DNA of 63,614 bases, counting the filler, from Intoshia linei (taxonomy: Eukaryota; Animalia; Orthonectida): NCBI GenBank assembly GCA_001642005.1. It is 3 parts of 3 records of this genome, joined end to end, with 100 filler letters (N's around TTAATTAATTAA, not from the genome) between each part and the next. Parts side by side here need not be neighbours in the genome. Positions count along the whole stretch, not along the records: positions 1 to 29,448 come from LWCA01000383.1; positions 29,549 to 58,450 come from LWCA01000399.1; 1 more part is not named here. One strand, given 5' to 3'. Position numbers and translations under genes: made by a program. How positions within the stretch are numbered: position 1 is the first letter of the stretch; the number at the start of each line of letters is the position of its first letter. Under the pieces are notes generated by a model, which saw only the letters and a list, made by a program, of their open reading frames with translations, made no database searches and was not told where the DNA came from. Below, one piece after another: positions 25,720-38,800 of the stretch.

Positions 25720-26345
25720 TTCAGTAAAATTATAATTTTAAAATAAAGTCGAAAATATACCAATGCAACATGACAATATGATATACCTTTATTGAATATG
25801 AAACAATTACAAAATACAGAATCTGTACTACAGATTAGTCACTAATCATTAGTGTATCAAATTTTCACTGATTTGTATAATTGGCAATAAATGTTATACA
25901 TTGGATATTGATTATAGTAAGTCTAACAGTAACAAACAGGCAATTTTAAATGGCAAACAATCATTATAGACTGCTATTTACAAATCAACGCAGACTCAAA
26001 TAGCTAAATCAAAAGTTGACATCAATTTAAGTTACATTTGAATTACTCAATCAATACATTACGCCTATAATGTACAAGAACATTAACTTTTTTGTAAATA
26101 CTTGTTGTTGGTAATTTCAAACTTTATTATCACTTATTTTGATTTACCAGCAACGAGTTAAACATTTTTGTTTAAATTTAATTTGGCAGTACTTAAATTT
26201 TTGATCTGAAGTTAATTACGTCATATTGACACAATAATTTATTTGGTATTGTAATATAGAATCTAGTTAAATTTTTTACATACTAGACTTGTATATTTTA
26301 TTCAATTTTATTTACTCGATTAAAACTGTTTATTAATCATAATAC

Positions 26346-27029
26346 ATGGGAGCTTACTTATCTAAACCAGTTACAGACAAAGTTACGGAATTTGAAGAGA
26401 CAGATTATTTGATATGTAAGGTATTGTAAATACTAATTAACTTCTTTTAGCTGGAGTTTCATCCATGCAAGGATGGCGTGTTTTTCAAGAGGTATTTTCA
26501 TTATTTATTTATTTACCTGTCTAGGATGCCCATACAATCATTCCAAATTATAATGATAAATTTTCTCTATTTGGAGTATACGACGGCCATGGAGGTTTTA
26601 CACGTTTATTCTCTATTAATATTTATTAGGAGCTGAAGTATCCAAATACACTGCCGACAATTTTCCAAATTTTATTCTCAAAAATTTTGATTTCAAAATT
26701 AACGATTTGGACTATATCAGCAAAATACAAAAAGTTTTTATCGATTTCGATCTTTTTTTAATTGAGGATGATACACGACTCGAGATTACTAAGATTAAAG
26801 AGCGTTTTTATTTTTATATTTATAAATTAATGTGTTATAGTGTCCAAGGATGAAAAAGAAGATGTTTCCAAGCTTAACGAAGAAAGTACGATGCCTTTTG
26901 GTGAACTCCTGAAAAGGTATACTGTGCTAAAATCCTTGTTTGACAACAAAGGCAAGGTTGATGAAAATAATTTTCCAAAAGATGTTGATAACGGTGATAA
27001 AAACGAAACTGATGAAGATGAAAACCCAG
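26346..27029 (+). CDS. PPM1G: Protein phosphatase 2C gamma-type, 5' half only
   Basis: Spliced MGAYLSKPVTDK...SSMQGWRVFQEDAH...LFGVYDGHGGAEVSKY, then an acidic insert (LNEESTMPFGELLKRY...DEDENP) ending at donor CCAG|gtatga. Downstream catalytic exons are not found in the window. Confidence 0.88.
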
Positions 27030-27348
27030 GTATGATGTTATTAGTCGATAGTCGATACGCTTTCCTCCTAAACCAATATGTATAAAATAGTAACATTACA
27101 GTAATACCCGATATCAGGATTCATGATTTTATAACACGATAATTTAAAGAAAGAATGAATAGTGAAATAATTTTGATTTGTATTAATATTATAACTCAAA
27201 TTTTCAGGATTTAGAATCTTATCAAAAATACAACCTATTTTTTTGGTACTCTTAAAAGTTATGATTTAGAAACACTATACATGTTCATTGTTTTCTGTAT
27301 ATTTATATAATTCGATGCAAATATTTGGATATTTTAGGAATATTAGAT

Positions 27349-27782
27349 CAATGGTTCTCAAAAAAATATATTGTCGACTCCCTAACAGTATACAACTATT
27401 TTTAGAAAAAATTAATTAGTACAAAATAGTGAATATGTTTATTATATTATTATAACAGACGATTAAAAAAATGTTATCTTTTAATATTACTGGTTTTATT
27501 TTCGTTATAAATCATACTTTAATATAGTTGACACCCTAGTTACTAGGGCCTAGTATACAAACAATTGTAAATTTATTATTTTTCTTTTTTGGATATATAC
27601 GTGTTATTGTGTCGTAAGGGTTAATAACATTTAAGTTTATTATAATCTAAAATGAATCCGAATTTCAAGAATATATTAATTAAATATCAAATTAATATTA
27701 ACGATTCTAATTTAATTTTAAAATTTTTCTTAAATCTGCGGCCCCTCAGACTCTGTAGCCCCCCCCCATTTGGGAACCACTG
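27349..27782. mobile_element. hAT MITE (same family as 54406-54858, opposite orientation)
   Basis: Ends CAATGGTTCTCA and TGGGAACCACTG, flanked by (A)TATTAGAT on both sides. The body is the reverse complement of the 54406 copy. Confidence 0.88.
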
Positions 27783-28086
27783 ATATTAGATGACACTATG
27801 TTTTTAGTGATAGGATTTTTCATATTAGGTGGATATTGATCACTTTAGAAAACATAAAAATTTAAATACACTAAAAGTAGTACTTTTAATTTGTGATTAT
27901 TTATGACTATAAAAACTTATTGACTTTTTTAATTGTTAAAGTTTTGCATAAAACGAGATTATTTTATAATTGAAATAACTTAACTGTTATGTACTTCGTA
28001 CAAACGGCGAATTAATTGAATTCTACCAAAAAAATCTTACTTAAAAATGCTACTATTCACTATTCCAATACTTATACATTAGAATA

Positions 28087-28503
28087 TATTGGCAAAGTGT
28101 GGCCCTCTTAAAAAATTTTGCGACCCGCGAGTGAGATTAAAAATTTCGAATTTAAATTTAGTTAATGCAACAAGTAGCATTAAACCAGATCTTATTCAAC
28201 TCTCAGAAAAAAGCAAAATCACTCATAAATATGAGTGAATTATGTTAATAATAAACAATAATGATTTAATATTTTTTTATAAATTCATATAAATACAAAT
28301 ACATTTAAAGAGTAAATGTATTGACTAGTAACTTTAAAATATTCTTAAACTAATGAAAATATTTATAAGGGTTTGTAATATTGATAGAAAGAAATTTTTA
28401 AAAAAGGGAACAAGTGAAATTGAAGAATTTTTCTTGGTGTGACCCGCGATAAAATTAAATGTGCAGTGTGGCCCGTTGCACGAAAAAGGGTGCCAACCCC
28501 TTG
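28087..28503. mobile_element. Degenerate hAT (Charlie-like) non-autonomous element
   Basis: GGCAAAGTGTGGCCC...GCGACCCGCG left subterminal motifs and GTGGCCCG...AAAAAGGGTGCCAACCCCTTG right end. No clean TSD identified. Confidence 0.5.
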
Positions 28504-29448
28504 TTTAAAGGAGTTGTTAAAGTTGTTATACCATAGACGGTCATTTCACATTACTTTTTAAATTTAAATTAAATTATTCCCACTTAATTTTGTTCGTTAA
28601 CATTTCTGTATAGAATTTTAAAATCAATTTTGTAATCCCATTTTTTAAATTTATTAGAGAAAATGAGTATATAATCTTAAAAATAAAGTAAAAACAGTAA
28701 ATTCTTAAAAATTCCCATAAATAAATTTGAAATAATAAAATTGTAAATACACCTGTGTAGCGTTACTTCTCTTGTATCTTTAATTGAGTTGAAATAATTA
28801 TCTTTATTTTACCATAACCTGTATTTTGTTTTTTAATATTGTAATGATATTTATTCAGTATTTGCTTTCGATGTGTAAAAATATTTAAAGGATTCTGCAC
28901 TGCAGAATCTGCACTTTACAACATTGCACATGAGATTTACACCCAACTTTCTTAATTGGAAATGTGTACACGTTTAATGCACATTTTTTTTGAAATTATA
29001 GATAAATATTTATAATTTTAATTTAAAAATTCGAAAAATATTGGCTGATAAATTATTGTTGAACGTTGAAAGTAAAAAGTTGTGAACGAGAAAGCGAAGA
29101 TTTCAGGGTTGAAATTTATTTATATCAAATCGAATATTTTTTTTTAAATTTTAGGACCATTCATTATTTAAAATTTTTCGTTTTAATAAATTAAAAAAAT
29201 GAATACCAAACTGCTTTTTTGCCCGTGAAGGTATGATTTTGTGAGAGTTTTAATGTTTTTTTAATGTTAGGAATTTTTTGATTTTTAAATAAAGCTGATT
29301 TAAGGTTTTGGTCGTTCAGATATAAGATTTTGAAATTGAAATTTATAAACTTGATGATTTTAAAATATTTAAAATCAGAGCGTGTATTTTTATAATAAAA
29401 TAAAATATAAATAATTATAATATATATTATAATTTTACATATAATAGA

Positions 29449-29548
29449 NNNNNNNNNNNNNNNNNNNNNNNNNNNNNNNNNNNNNNNNNNNNTTAATTAA
29501 TTAANNNNNNNNNNNNNNNNNNNNNNNNNNNNNNNNNNNNNNNNNNNN
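29449..29548. other. Assembly spacer (N44-TTAATTAATTAA-N44)
   Basis: Exactly 100 nt with a six-frame-stop linker in the middle; identical construct at 58451. Confidence 0.97.
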
Positions 29549-29946
29549 TGTCCAATCAATGTTTGTTCAAACAAAATTGTCGTGTTCATATTGAGCTGAG
29601 TTTATATTCTATGGTTTTCATATAGAATGTATGTTTATTGAACATTAAGGGTTAAAATTGACGGATTTATATTGTTATGTTACTTTGTCACTTTATTATG
29701 AGTTTTCTTAGAAAACTTACCCGTCTTTACTATGAACAAACTACAGACGATATTTATATAATTATCTATTTGTCACGCCTCTTTTTAAATACAATGTATT
29801 TGACATTTTATAGTGCACTCAAAAAAGAATTTGTACAGTTTAAAATTGAAAAATAATCGTGAAACCACGCTTTCTTTTAAAATCAAAATTTTATGTTTGA
29901 AGATTGTGAGATTTTACGAATGCTTTTTAGTCGTTTAAGTTTGACT

Positions 29947-30213
29947 CCGGGCTGTGGAGAGGTGGATAGGACCATATGATCAGGGCCTACAATCATGAGG
30001 GACTTACTTTTTAAATTTATTAAAAGTAATGTTGGGAAATTTATCAAGTATACTAAAATTTCGATGACCCATGTGATTTCCACGGTTATTTTTAATTTTT
30101 AGATAACCAACGATCGATTAATCAATGTAAAGGACCCATTTTTAAAATTTTTTTTATAAGGGGCCTACAATTTCCATCTAACAGGCCCCTACTGTTGGCT
30201 CTCCACGACCCTA
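29947..30213. mobile_element. Small hAT MITE
   Basis: Imperfect TIRs CCGGGCTGTGGAGAG and CTCTCCACGACCCTA. 8-bp TSD GTTTGACT / GTTTGGCT (one mismatch). Confidence 0.7.
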
Positions 30214-30304
30214 GTTTGGCTACTCTATTATAAATTTGTGCACAATTCGGTAATATTGCAAAATAAGATAAGCATGATTCATTGATTACATGCATGTAAT
30301 TTAG

Positions 30305-30736
30305 ATATTTTTGATTGGATCATCCAATTTTACTTTGTTTGGAACCCCTTTATTAAAGTAATTTTTATTCTGAATTAAATTACATTTTATATTTAGCCCT
30401 GATCATGCCAGTGTAACTGCTACTGTTATTGAAAAATCTTTTACTAATGCATACGTGCATGTTATTAAAAAGAAAAGGATCAAACACTATGATTGTATGT
30501 TTTTCATTTCTGATCATAGTATTCATTATTTAATTAATTTTTGTCAGGCAAGTTTAAACCAGTGTCTCGCAAAGGAGTCACCGCTATATAACGGGAGTCC
30601 ATCATAAAATTAATGTAGATGTATTCAGATTATATTTAGTTAGGTTTTATTGATAAATAAATTTAACATGGAATTATCTATTGACCCAGCTAACTTTGTC
30701 ACAACCCCACCCTTACTTATTAGGGTGTCGCACTAA
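30305..30736 (+). CDS. MRPL21: Mitochondrial ribosomal protein L21 (bL21m)-like, 3' exons; 5' exons unresolved
   Basis: Spliced IFLIGSSNFTLFGTPLLN|PDHASVTATVIEKSFTNAYVHVIKKKRIKHYD matches remembered MRPL21 VLLVGADNFTLLGKPLL...VEATVIEKT. A tentative last exon reads VLLINKF (compare VLRINSI). Not in the ORF track. Confidence 0.75.
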
Positions 30737-31949
30737 TTCAAAAATCAAAAGTATATTTCAGTATCGTGATTCTAAGATAGTATCTCGAATAATAATATAC
30801 TGATATTACCGCACAATTTTGCAATTTAATTGGGCGACGAAGGTTAACTTTTTATAATTTTACTTTTTTAATAATTTTATTATTTTTGTTAGTCATAGTA
30901 TTTAATTAACATTTTAATTAGTGTGTCCATAAATACTTATTTTAACAAAAGTACGTATTTTTATAAGTACTAAATACGTACTCCATAAATACCATAGATA
31001 ATTTTAGTCAATATTTTTCACTTTCTTAATAAAGTGAAGTTTTAATAAATTTATATTTTATATTAAAAACACATTTTATATCGTTTAATTTGGATCACTT
31101 CAAATTTATTAATTAATAAAAATTAATTATTTTGTAATTATGCCAAAAAAAATTATAATTGTAAAGAGAGTTTATTGATTTTTACAAACATTTGGAAAAT
31201 CATAGTGAATTATGTAAAAAAATAACTTGCAATGATAAATACAAATAAAATTAACATTTACATTTCATATTTTAAATTTTTAATTCTTTTTAAATTTCAA
31301 ATTGTTAATACTTTCAACTCAAATTTTATTGTTCTTTTTGTCTAAGACATCTCGAAAAGTACTTATTTAGTACTTATAAAATCTGGACACTATTTTAGTC
31401 TAAAATGTCTTTTACACATATAAAACTGAACCAATTTTGATTTTTTGAACTAAGTTTTTTTAAGTATATTCAAAAATCGTTGAAATATAAAATATTTTTT
31501 AAATTTTTAACATTAATATTTATGTTTGTAATTATTTTATTTTGTAGACCCGTCTGTTTCTTAATTTTTTCGAAAATTAAGGATAGAATTCCTGATTTAA
31601 ATATACAATTTTCTAGATTTTCATTTTTATTATTTTAGGGCGTAGAAACATTTTAACCTTTGTTAGAATAAATTCAATCAACATTGATCAAGGTTATAAT
31701 TTCAACAACGAAAGTTGGAAAAAGGAATTGGTATAAATATTCACTGTAAAAAATTAATAAAATTTCTTATTGTAATTTATATTGTTAACTTATAGTTCAT
31801 AAATTAACTTTTCTGTTTTGTATTGCATGCATAGTATGCACTGCATACACTGGATAAATCTATCGAAAGCGACCTTTTGATTGTATATTATTTAATTTAA
31901 TCGAATAAAAAAAAAATAAACATTCGTTGTAAATAGAATAAAATGAAGC

Positions 31950-34545
31950 TTTCAAAATGTTACTTCTTCAACGTGGTGAAATTATTAACTAAATTAAAGT
32001 CAATGATTTATCAGCTAAATTTTTGCTCATCACTGAGGAATCACAATTTATCTACAATATACGTCGAACCTATCATGCTCGGGACCACCTAAATTTCAAA
32101 ATAGTCTCTAAAAAATTATGAAATGATGCGTAATGCCATATACATGTACTCCTACTTACCTCGCTACGGTCTGGGTTGGAAAGTTTAAATTTGACACGCA
32201 AAATAGTTATGAGTCAAATATTATGTCATTACGACTTATAACTAAAGCAATTTTTTATTTGACAAAAAAAATAAATAAAGAAAACGATTAAGCAATAAGC
32301 CCTTCAATAACCTGTGTCTAAAAACAGCTTTTTTTGAGTAAACAGAAAGTAGCCCACGGGGAAAAATAAGTAATTTTGTGTATGTTACGAATATAATTTT
32401 TGAAATCAAAAAATATTACCCACTTCTCCTCAAAATGTTCTTTAAAAAAATGAAATTATTTTAAAAATTGATATTAAATTAAAAATGTTGGGTATTAAAT
32501 TAAATAATTTGTATTGTGTTTACATTAATGATGTGAAGAAAATTGTTCTCTATTAGATACAATTTTAAAAATGACCCACCTATTGACAGAAATAGTCCTA
32601 AGATAGACTAAACAATATAATTAAAACAATAGAAAATACTATAAATTGATATTGAAAGTAGATTTAATATAGAATATATTTATAAATATTTATTACATTA
32701 GTTTAATCTCATTCGATAATCATTAAAATATCTAATCAAAACTTGTTCCAAATTTTAAATAGATTTTGAGTAGTATATTTTTTCATTGGCTATTCTAAAT
32801 ACTTTCCGCCAATTAATTTGTTGAAGAGTTAACATCAAAATTTGACAAATTATTCTTAATAAAAACATTTTTGGATGCATCACATATTATGTCGCAATGA
32901 ATAAGATTGTTCCAATTTATAAATGATCTAACACCAAATTATTCAATTTACCAATACTGGATAATAAACGTATTTATGCGAATTACATTCTCTATAGGGT
33001 CGACACATATTTCAGACATAATAGAATATATTGCACGACTATTCTATCTTGCTACGCTAATCGAAGGTTGCTGATTTGGTAAATTAATTTTGGCAAACTG
33101 ATTTGTCGAACGTAAATAACGTACCGCTTTGACACATTGTAATAACAACAAATAATCTCTTCTCCGTTCTTCGTCATTTGTCAGATAATGTCAGATAGAA
33201 ATTGCTTTATTTCTATATATTGCTATGAACCTTTTTCAATCGTCATGTAACAATTTTACGAATTCATATTGAAAAGTTGGACCCACTGTGACATTTGAAA
33301 ATAAATGTATGAATTAATGTTTTAGGATTAAATTAAGGATATGTAATTTACAAGGTGAAAAGGTGCAATCCGGGTATACTCGTTGTAATCGAACGACAAC
33401 ATTATTTCTACATCCTATATTTGAAGGCTCAGTGTCAGTAATTATATTGTTTGGATATAAATTGTTTTTTTGCAGTAGTGCCAATAGTTTTTCAAATATA
33501 GTGTAAGCCGTTTTGTTGGGTATTTCAACAAATCCAATCAATTTTTAATTGAAAAAAATTGCCAAAATGTGTCTTTTTTTATCATATAAATTAAAATATG
33601 TTTTACGATCAAATTGTAAAACACCCGCATTCTCACTGTTACATAATTAAAAACTATATAATTTTTCTTTTTTCATTGTGGACTTATTCAACGCGCTCCT
33701 TGTTGGCGGTTTTATTCGTTCGTCTCCGAATGTATTATACATCACCTTTAGAACAGTTATAGTATGAGATAGTGATAAATTAGCCCTTTTACGAATTTTT
33801 TCTGCTAGATCTGTAGACATCTGATCCTTTTAATTACTTAAATTAATTAAATTGTTTTAATTAAGAGAACTTTCCATTACCGAAATTTACAATTCCATTG
33901 CAATTTTGCATCAAGGTTATAGTAAATTTATTTGATATTTATGTATTTTAAATACGACTTATTCAGTTTTATTTATAAATGGCTAACTATTAATATTTTT
34001 CTTTAATATTTAATATTTATTAGTAGTAATATTTGTTAATATTTGAAATCAATGGGACGACAGTTCTTTTTCTAATTTTTATTTTTTAATTAATCGTAAA
34101 AGTGCCCTGTGACCAATCTAACGTATGATTCATCTTAGTTGTTATCACAATTTATTTTTATAAACTTAATGTTCTTAATTTATCATATTTAAAAATTGAT
34201 ATTTTTAAAATACAAAAAGTTGGTGGTCATTTTAAGAATTGAAACATTTCAATCACACCATCTTGTTCGCAATAAAAAGTTTCATGTTTACCATAGGGCT
34301 ACTTTTATTAGTTTGAGCAAGGACACAGGTTAACCTTCAACAATCCACTACTGAAAAGTTTAATGAAAGTTGGGAATTAGATTTTTTAGGATTACTTCCA
34401 ACCACAAATTCAGGTAACCGATACATTCTAACTATGATTGATTCTCATACAAATTGGCCCGAGGCTATACCTTTAACAGATACTACAGCGGAGTCTACCG
34501 CTCAAAAGATCATAGAACATATTATCACTCGATATGGAATACCAA
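31950..34545 (+). mobile_element. Gypsy/Ginger-type integrase remnant, interrupted by the 32308-34332 insertion
   Basis: 34334-34543 reads LQQSTTEKFNESWELDFLGLLPTTNSGNRYILTMIDSHTNWPEAIPLTDTTAESTAQKIIEHIITRYGIP (rve core). Upstream YHARDHLNFKIVSKKL near 32070 resembles the His-His half of the zinc finger. Left boundary is approximate. Confidence 0.8.
32308..34332 (-). mobile_element. hAT-like DNA transposon with TAACCTGTGTC termini and decayed transposase
   Basis: 11-bp perfect TIR TAACCTGTGTC / GACACAGGTTA plus subterminal AAAGTAGCCC / GGGCTACTTT. 8-bp TSD CCCTTCAA / ACCTTCAA. Minus-strand pieces: LQFDRK, ITDTEPSNIG...CKLHILNLILKH (CxxH) and AR*NSRAIYS. Confidence 0.82.
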
Positions 34546-34549
34546 TATA

Positions 34550-35166
34550 TTTTTTTAAAATACCATAAAGTCAATATTTTTTAAAAAGATAATCGACTTA
34601 AAAAAATACTATTTATGTTATAATGAATAATAAAATTGAACAAATACCACCTTATCTATACAATTTATTAAGAAAAGCGCCATCTACCACAAATGGTGTT
34701 GGGCGTAGTTTCAGTTTATTAAAAAAATTGCTAACTAAACAAAGGCAATTTTTACCAGGTAATGTTAAATATATTATGTTATACTACAATAAACATTAAT
34801 AATTTTTAACATCTCTAACATCACACAATGAGATTTACATCGTTTGTTTCATTTGCAGTTTCTTGTTATTCATATTTATTATTACACGCATAAATATCGA
34901 TTATGTTAAGTTTTATTCATATTAATTTATTATGAAAGTGACTGACACCATTATGATCGGGGCCTATGCGAATATTAAAATTAAGGTGTATTAAATATTG
35001 TATTGATTTAATTTAAGGTCTACGATCAAAAGTTTTGGGGTAGGGTAGATTCAGTTGGTATTAACTATAAAAACAAACAAAAGTTTTAAGGTCAGATAAA
35101 GTCAGTAAATTTAATTTTTAGGTCAGATTTTTTTTTATTCTATAGGTCAATACAAAAATTGCCCTA
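34550..35166 (+). mobile_element. hAT fragment of the 12985-13771 family, with one TIR
   Basis: YLYNLLRKAPSTTNGVGRSFSLLKKLL remnant. End ...GGTCAGATAAAGTCAGTAAATTTAATTTTTAGGTCAG...AAAATTGCCCTA is the reverse complement of the 12985 end. The other arm recurs at about 35400-35585. Confidence 0.75.
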
Positions 35167-35822
35167 GTCATCATAGATAAGCAGTTTCTTTGTCATTCTA
35201 TGACTTTTTATAAAGTACAACTTTTCAAAGAGACAGCAATTACATTTTATACACACTAAATGAGTTACATCAATTTTAAATTTATCAGGATATAGTTTTT
35301 GAATGTTATTCATGTTAGTATAAATAGATGTGTCAGTTTAGGCATTCTTAAATATTAAAGTTTCGTTCAATCTATGAAAATATAAAAATTGGATTAATAT
35401 AATAATACACATTCTTTTGTAATTCAATGGTAATTAAATTTAAACTTAAAACAATTACCTTTTTAAAAATAATTGACTTTATAAATTGTTAATTAGCTAA
35501 TCAATAAACATAATATTAATATCATGGTGTAATTTCGTGCTGATTATCATATAAAAAATTGCATTTTGCAATAAAAAACTGCGATACTTATAACCTATGA
35601 CATTCAAAAATAATTTTTTTAAAAGGTATAATTTGAAGACATGATCCTCCCACTTTACAAAAAATTGGTCTGCTCATCGAAGATGTGTTGGTAGAGTATA
35701 ATCGATTACATGTATTAAATTTAGTCCCAAACAACCTTATGAACAATGTATATTATTTTAATACAATAAAAGAAAAACAATTTATTATATTTATAATAAT
35801 TATATAATTATATTTCAAAACT

Positions 35823-38800
35823 TCAATATAATTCGCATTTATTGGTTAAATTCATTTTTTTAGATGCAGAGCACCCAAATGCCGTGGAGAATTTATCAAA
35901 ATTGGATGTGGCACCATTAATTCTATAAATATAATAATAAACGAAACATGTAACGTATATATTACCGTATGGATTTGGGAGAATGTTCACTTTCATCTAG
36001 TTCAATTGAATCAGAATTACAAAAGTTCTAAATTTAATTTTAATGAAATTTTAATCACAAATCTGACTCAATTTTCTCCATAGGTGTGTTAATTTAAAAC
36101 ATAATTAATAATATAAAATACATTAATAAACATTCTTACTAATATTGTAAATCAGAAATTTGAACAGTGACTAATTTATGCTATAAAAAAAAATCGAAGT
36201 GTCACCTTGGATGACATAATATATAGTCAAAATCTCATTTAACGAAAATATTAGAAATGTAAAAATAACTATAGATTACAATCAATTTATCTACGTAATT
36301 CACGGATGCATTATCTAGCACAATCAGTATTTAAAATTACGACGTTCGTTAGATGAAATATTCGTTAAACAAAACATTCATTAAATGAGATTTAGACTGT
36401 ATCTTGTTTTAGATTAAAAAGTAACCTGGGCTAAAGATATGAAAAACATTTTTTCTGGCGTAAATGATTCAAAATTTATTAAACTATGATAAAGTTTTGT
36501 TGTTTCAATATCCAATTCCATAGCCATATAAGCATATTTAATTCCTGCTAAATCGGCAATGTTTTCAATTAGAGTTAATTTTCCATCTAATTTTTGTCCC
36601 CCAACATCGTGTTTACTGTACTGATCAACAATACATTTTTCTCTTTTTAATTTTTCAGTGTTAAATGCTCTGTAATGAGTAGTGTTTTCTGTCGCTATTT
36701 TTCTATCATTGTCTAAAATTTCGGTGAATTTGTATAATGGATATATAGGAATGAGTTAAATGTCAATTGAATATTCTGAATGTTTTATTTATGCCACAAA
36801 ATTACCAAAATAATGTACAGCATGGGCAAATTCGTGACCCACAATAAAACCAATTGATCCATAAAATATGCTCCTTCTAGTTAATTTATATTATAGTATA
36901 ATGGCTATAATAAATAAGTAATACAGCCCGACAAAATCTTAGAGCACCTGTATTATATTGAAATATAAGGAAAACTGAAAGAAATTATAATCTAATTTTT
37001 TAATACTAAAACAATATGGTATATTAGTTATTGCCCCGAATTTTAAATTGCGTAATTATGTTTACTTTTTTTATAATTTAAAAATGAAAAAAAAGTCAAA
37101 AAAAATATGCGACAAAAGTGCTCTAACGCTTTCTAATTTACAGCAAAATAGGTACAATAATTTATTTAAAACATAATTTTATAACTTTAATAATGAGTTC
37201 TTCCACCTTTATTTGTAATACTATTCAAAAATTCTAGAAGGCATATTTGCAAACCTTGTGTTAACCTTGGGTTGGTCAATGGAATTCCAAGCTTTCTCTA
37301 TAGCTGATCTCAAATCTTTTAAAGATTTATATTGTTTTCCATCTTTATATACAATCCCAGTCATCATTTCCCATATATTTTCTATTGGGTTTAGATCCGG
37401 TGAGCATGGTGGCCACGGAAAAACATTAATATTTTTACAATTTAAACATTCTTTAGTTTTTTTAGACGCGTGTATACTTGCATTGTCTTGTTGGAATATT
37501 CTAAAATTCGTTTTGTAAGAAAGTAAGTATTCATTTAGTATTATTATATATTTTTCAGGGTTTATCTTTTCGTTTGGAAAACATAATTTAGTTTTAAATT
37601 TTTTTTCAAATCCTCCCCAAACCATTACACTGTTTCCTCCACATTGTCGTTTTAATTTGGATAATTGCTTTTTCCTAATATCGTGGAAATAGTAGGAATA
37701 ACCATCTGGTCCGTCCAAGTTAAAACGTTTTTATCGGAAAAACATATTTGATTCCAATTAATAGACATATTGGTACGAGCAAAAAGTATCTTTTTTTCTA
37801 TGTGGAGTTTTGCAAGGTTTGGGTATTTTATCATGACTCTTCGTTGAATGTTCGGTAAGAAACATAATTCCCGTTGTATCGCCCGAGTGGAAACGTCATT
37901 AAAAGAACAATTTGATTTTATTGAACTAGCACTAAAACGAGAATTAGACACTTCTCGCAATAAAAGTCGTCTATCAGATGCACTTAATGTCTTTTGGCGT
38001 CCAATTTTATTATTTAATTTTTTTGACGAAAGATCATTACGATACGTTTGTATGCACTTTCTATTCCTTGCTAATGTTATTGCAATTTTCGACTGGCTAT
38101 GCCCTTCCTTTATCATATAATCAATAATTCCCTTTTCCCGTTCATTTAAATATTTTCCTTTAGACATTTTTATCAAAAATTGTATTCTATATGTATTTAT
38201 TAATTAGATATATTTTAAAATCAAAAAATTGAGCTTTAGTGCTAATTAATACTTAAAATATAATCTCTTTTGTCGCGTGATCAATAATAAAAATATATAT
38301 TTTGGGATAATTAGCGATAAATAATTGCAATAAATTATATTTACACTTTAGTGAGAAGAATTTTTCATTTTCATTGGTTCATATGAGAACATCAATTTAC
38401 TTTCTGCGCACTGTAGTGCAAAAATAATTATTTTCTATTACCGCGTTAATATAAAAACTATATATCAGTGTATAGAATAGTGCATAGAATAATCCATAAT
38501 ATAATATCGTTAAATAATAAAGTTTTTGAAAATAAATTATTTATATATTTCAACATGCAAAAATTGAAATTTTGTTTTAATAGACTAAATAGTAAAAAAA
38601 ATACATAGAAATACATAGCTTATAATTTTCACACTTTGACATGTCATATGTAAGTGATATTTTCTAAATTTATTAAATTTTATTTTAATTTTTATCCAGA
38701 AAATGGTTTTAATAGCATTTTTATAGGGTGTTCTAACGTTTTGTCAAGGGTGTATAATTAATAAAAAAACATAATTATTGGAAATAAAAAAGTACATATT

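Noticed and set aside
29493-29504. TTAATTAATTAA palindrome centred in N-runs (also 58495-58506)
   Set aside because: Identical 100-nt constructs with stops in all six frames are an artificial contig linker. Adjacency across them should not be trusted.
30720-30733. TTAGGG-starting motifs (also about 55463, 57648, 58142, 63103) as telomeric seeds
   Set aside because: Single units, not arrays. They are better explained as TAGGG-type DNA-transposon termini, but paired ends and TSDs could not be established.
35865-36083. About 72 open codons on the + strand (CRAPKCRGEF...)
   Set aside because: Antisense shadow of the last two neprilysin exons, which carry the conserved HSP..R and terminal Cys motifs on the - strand.
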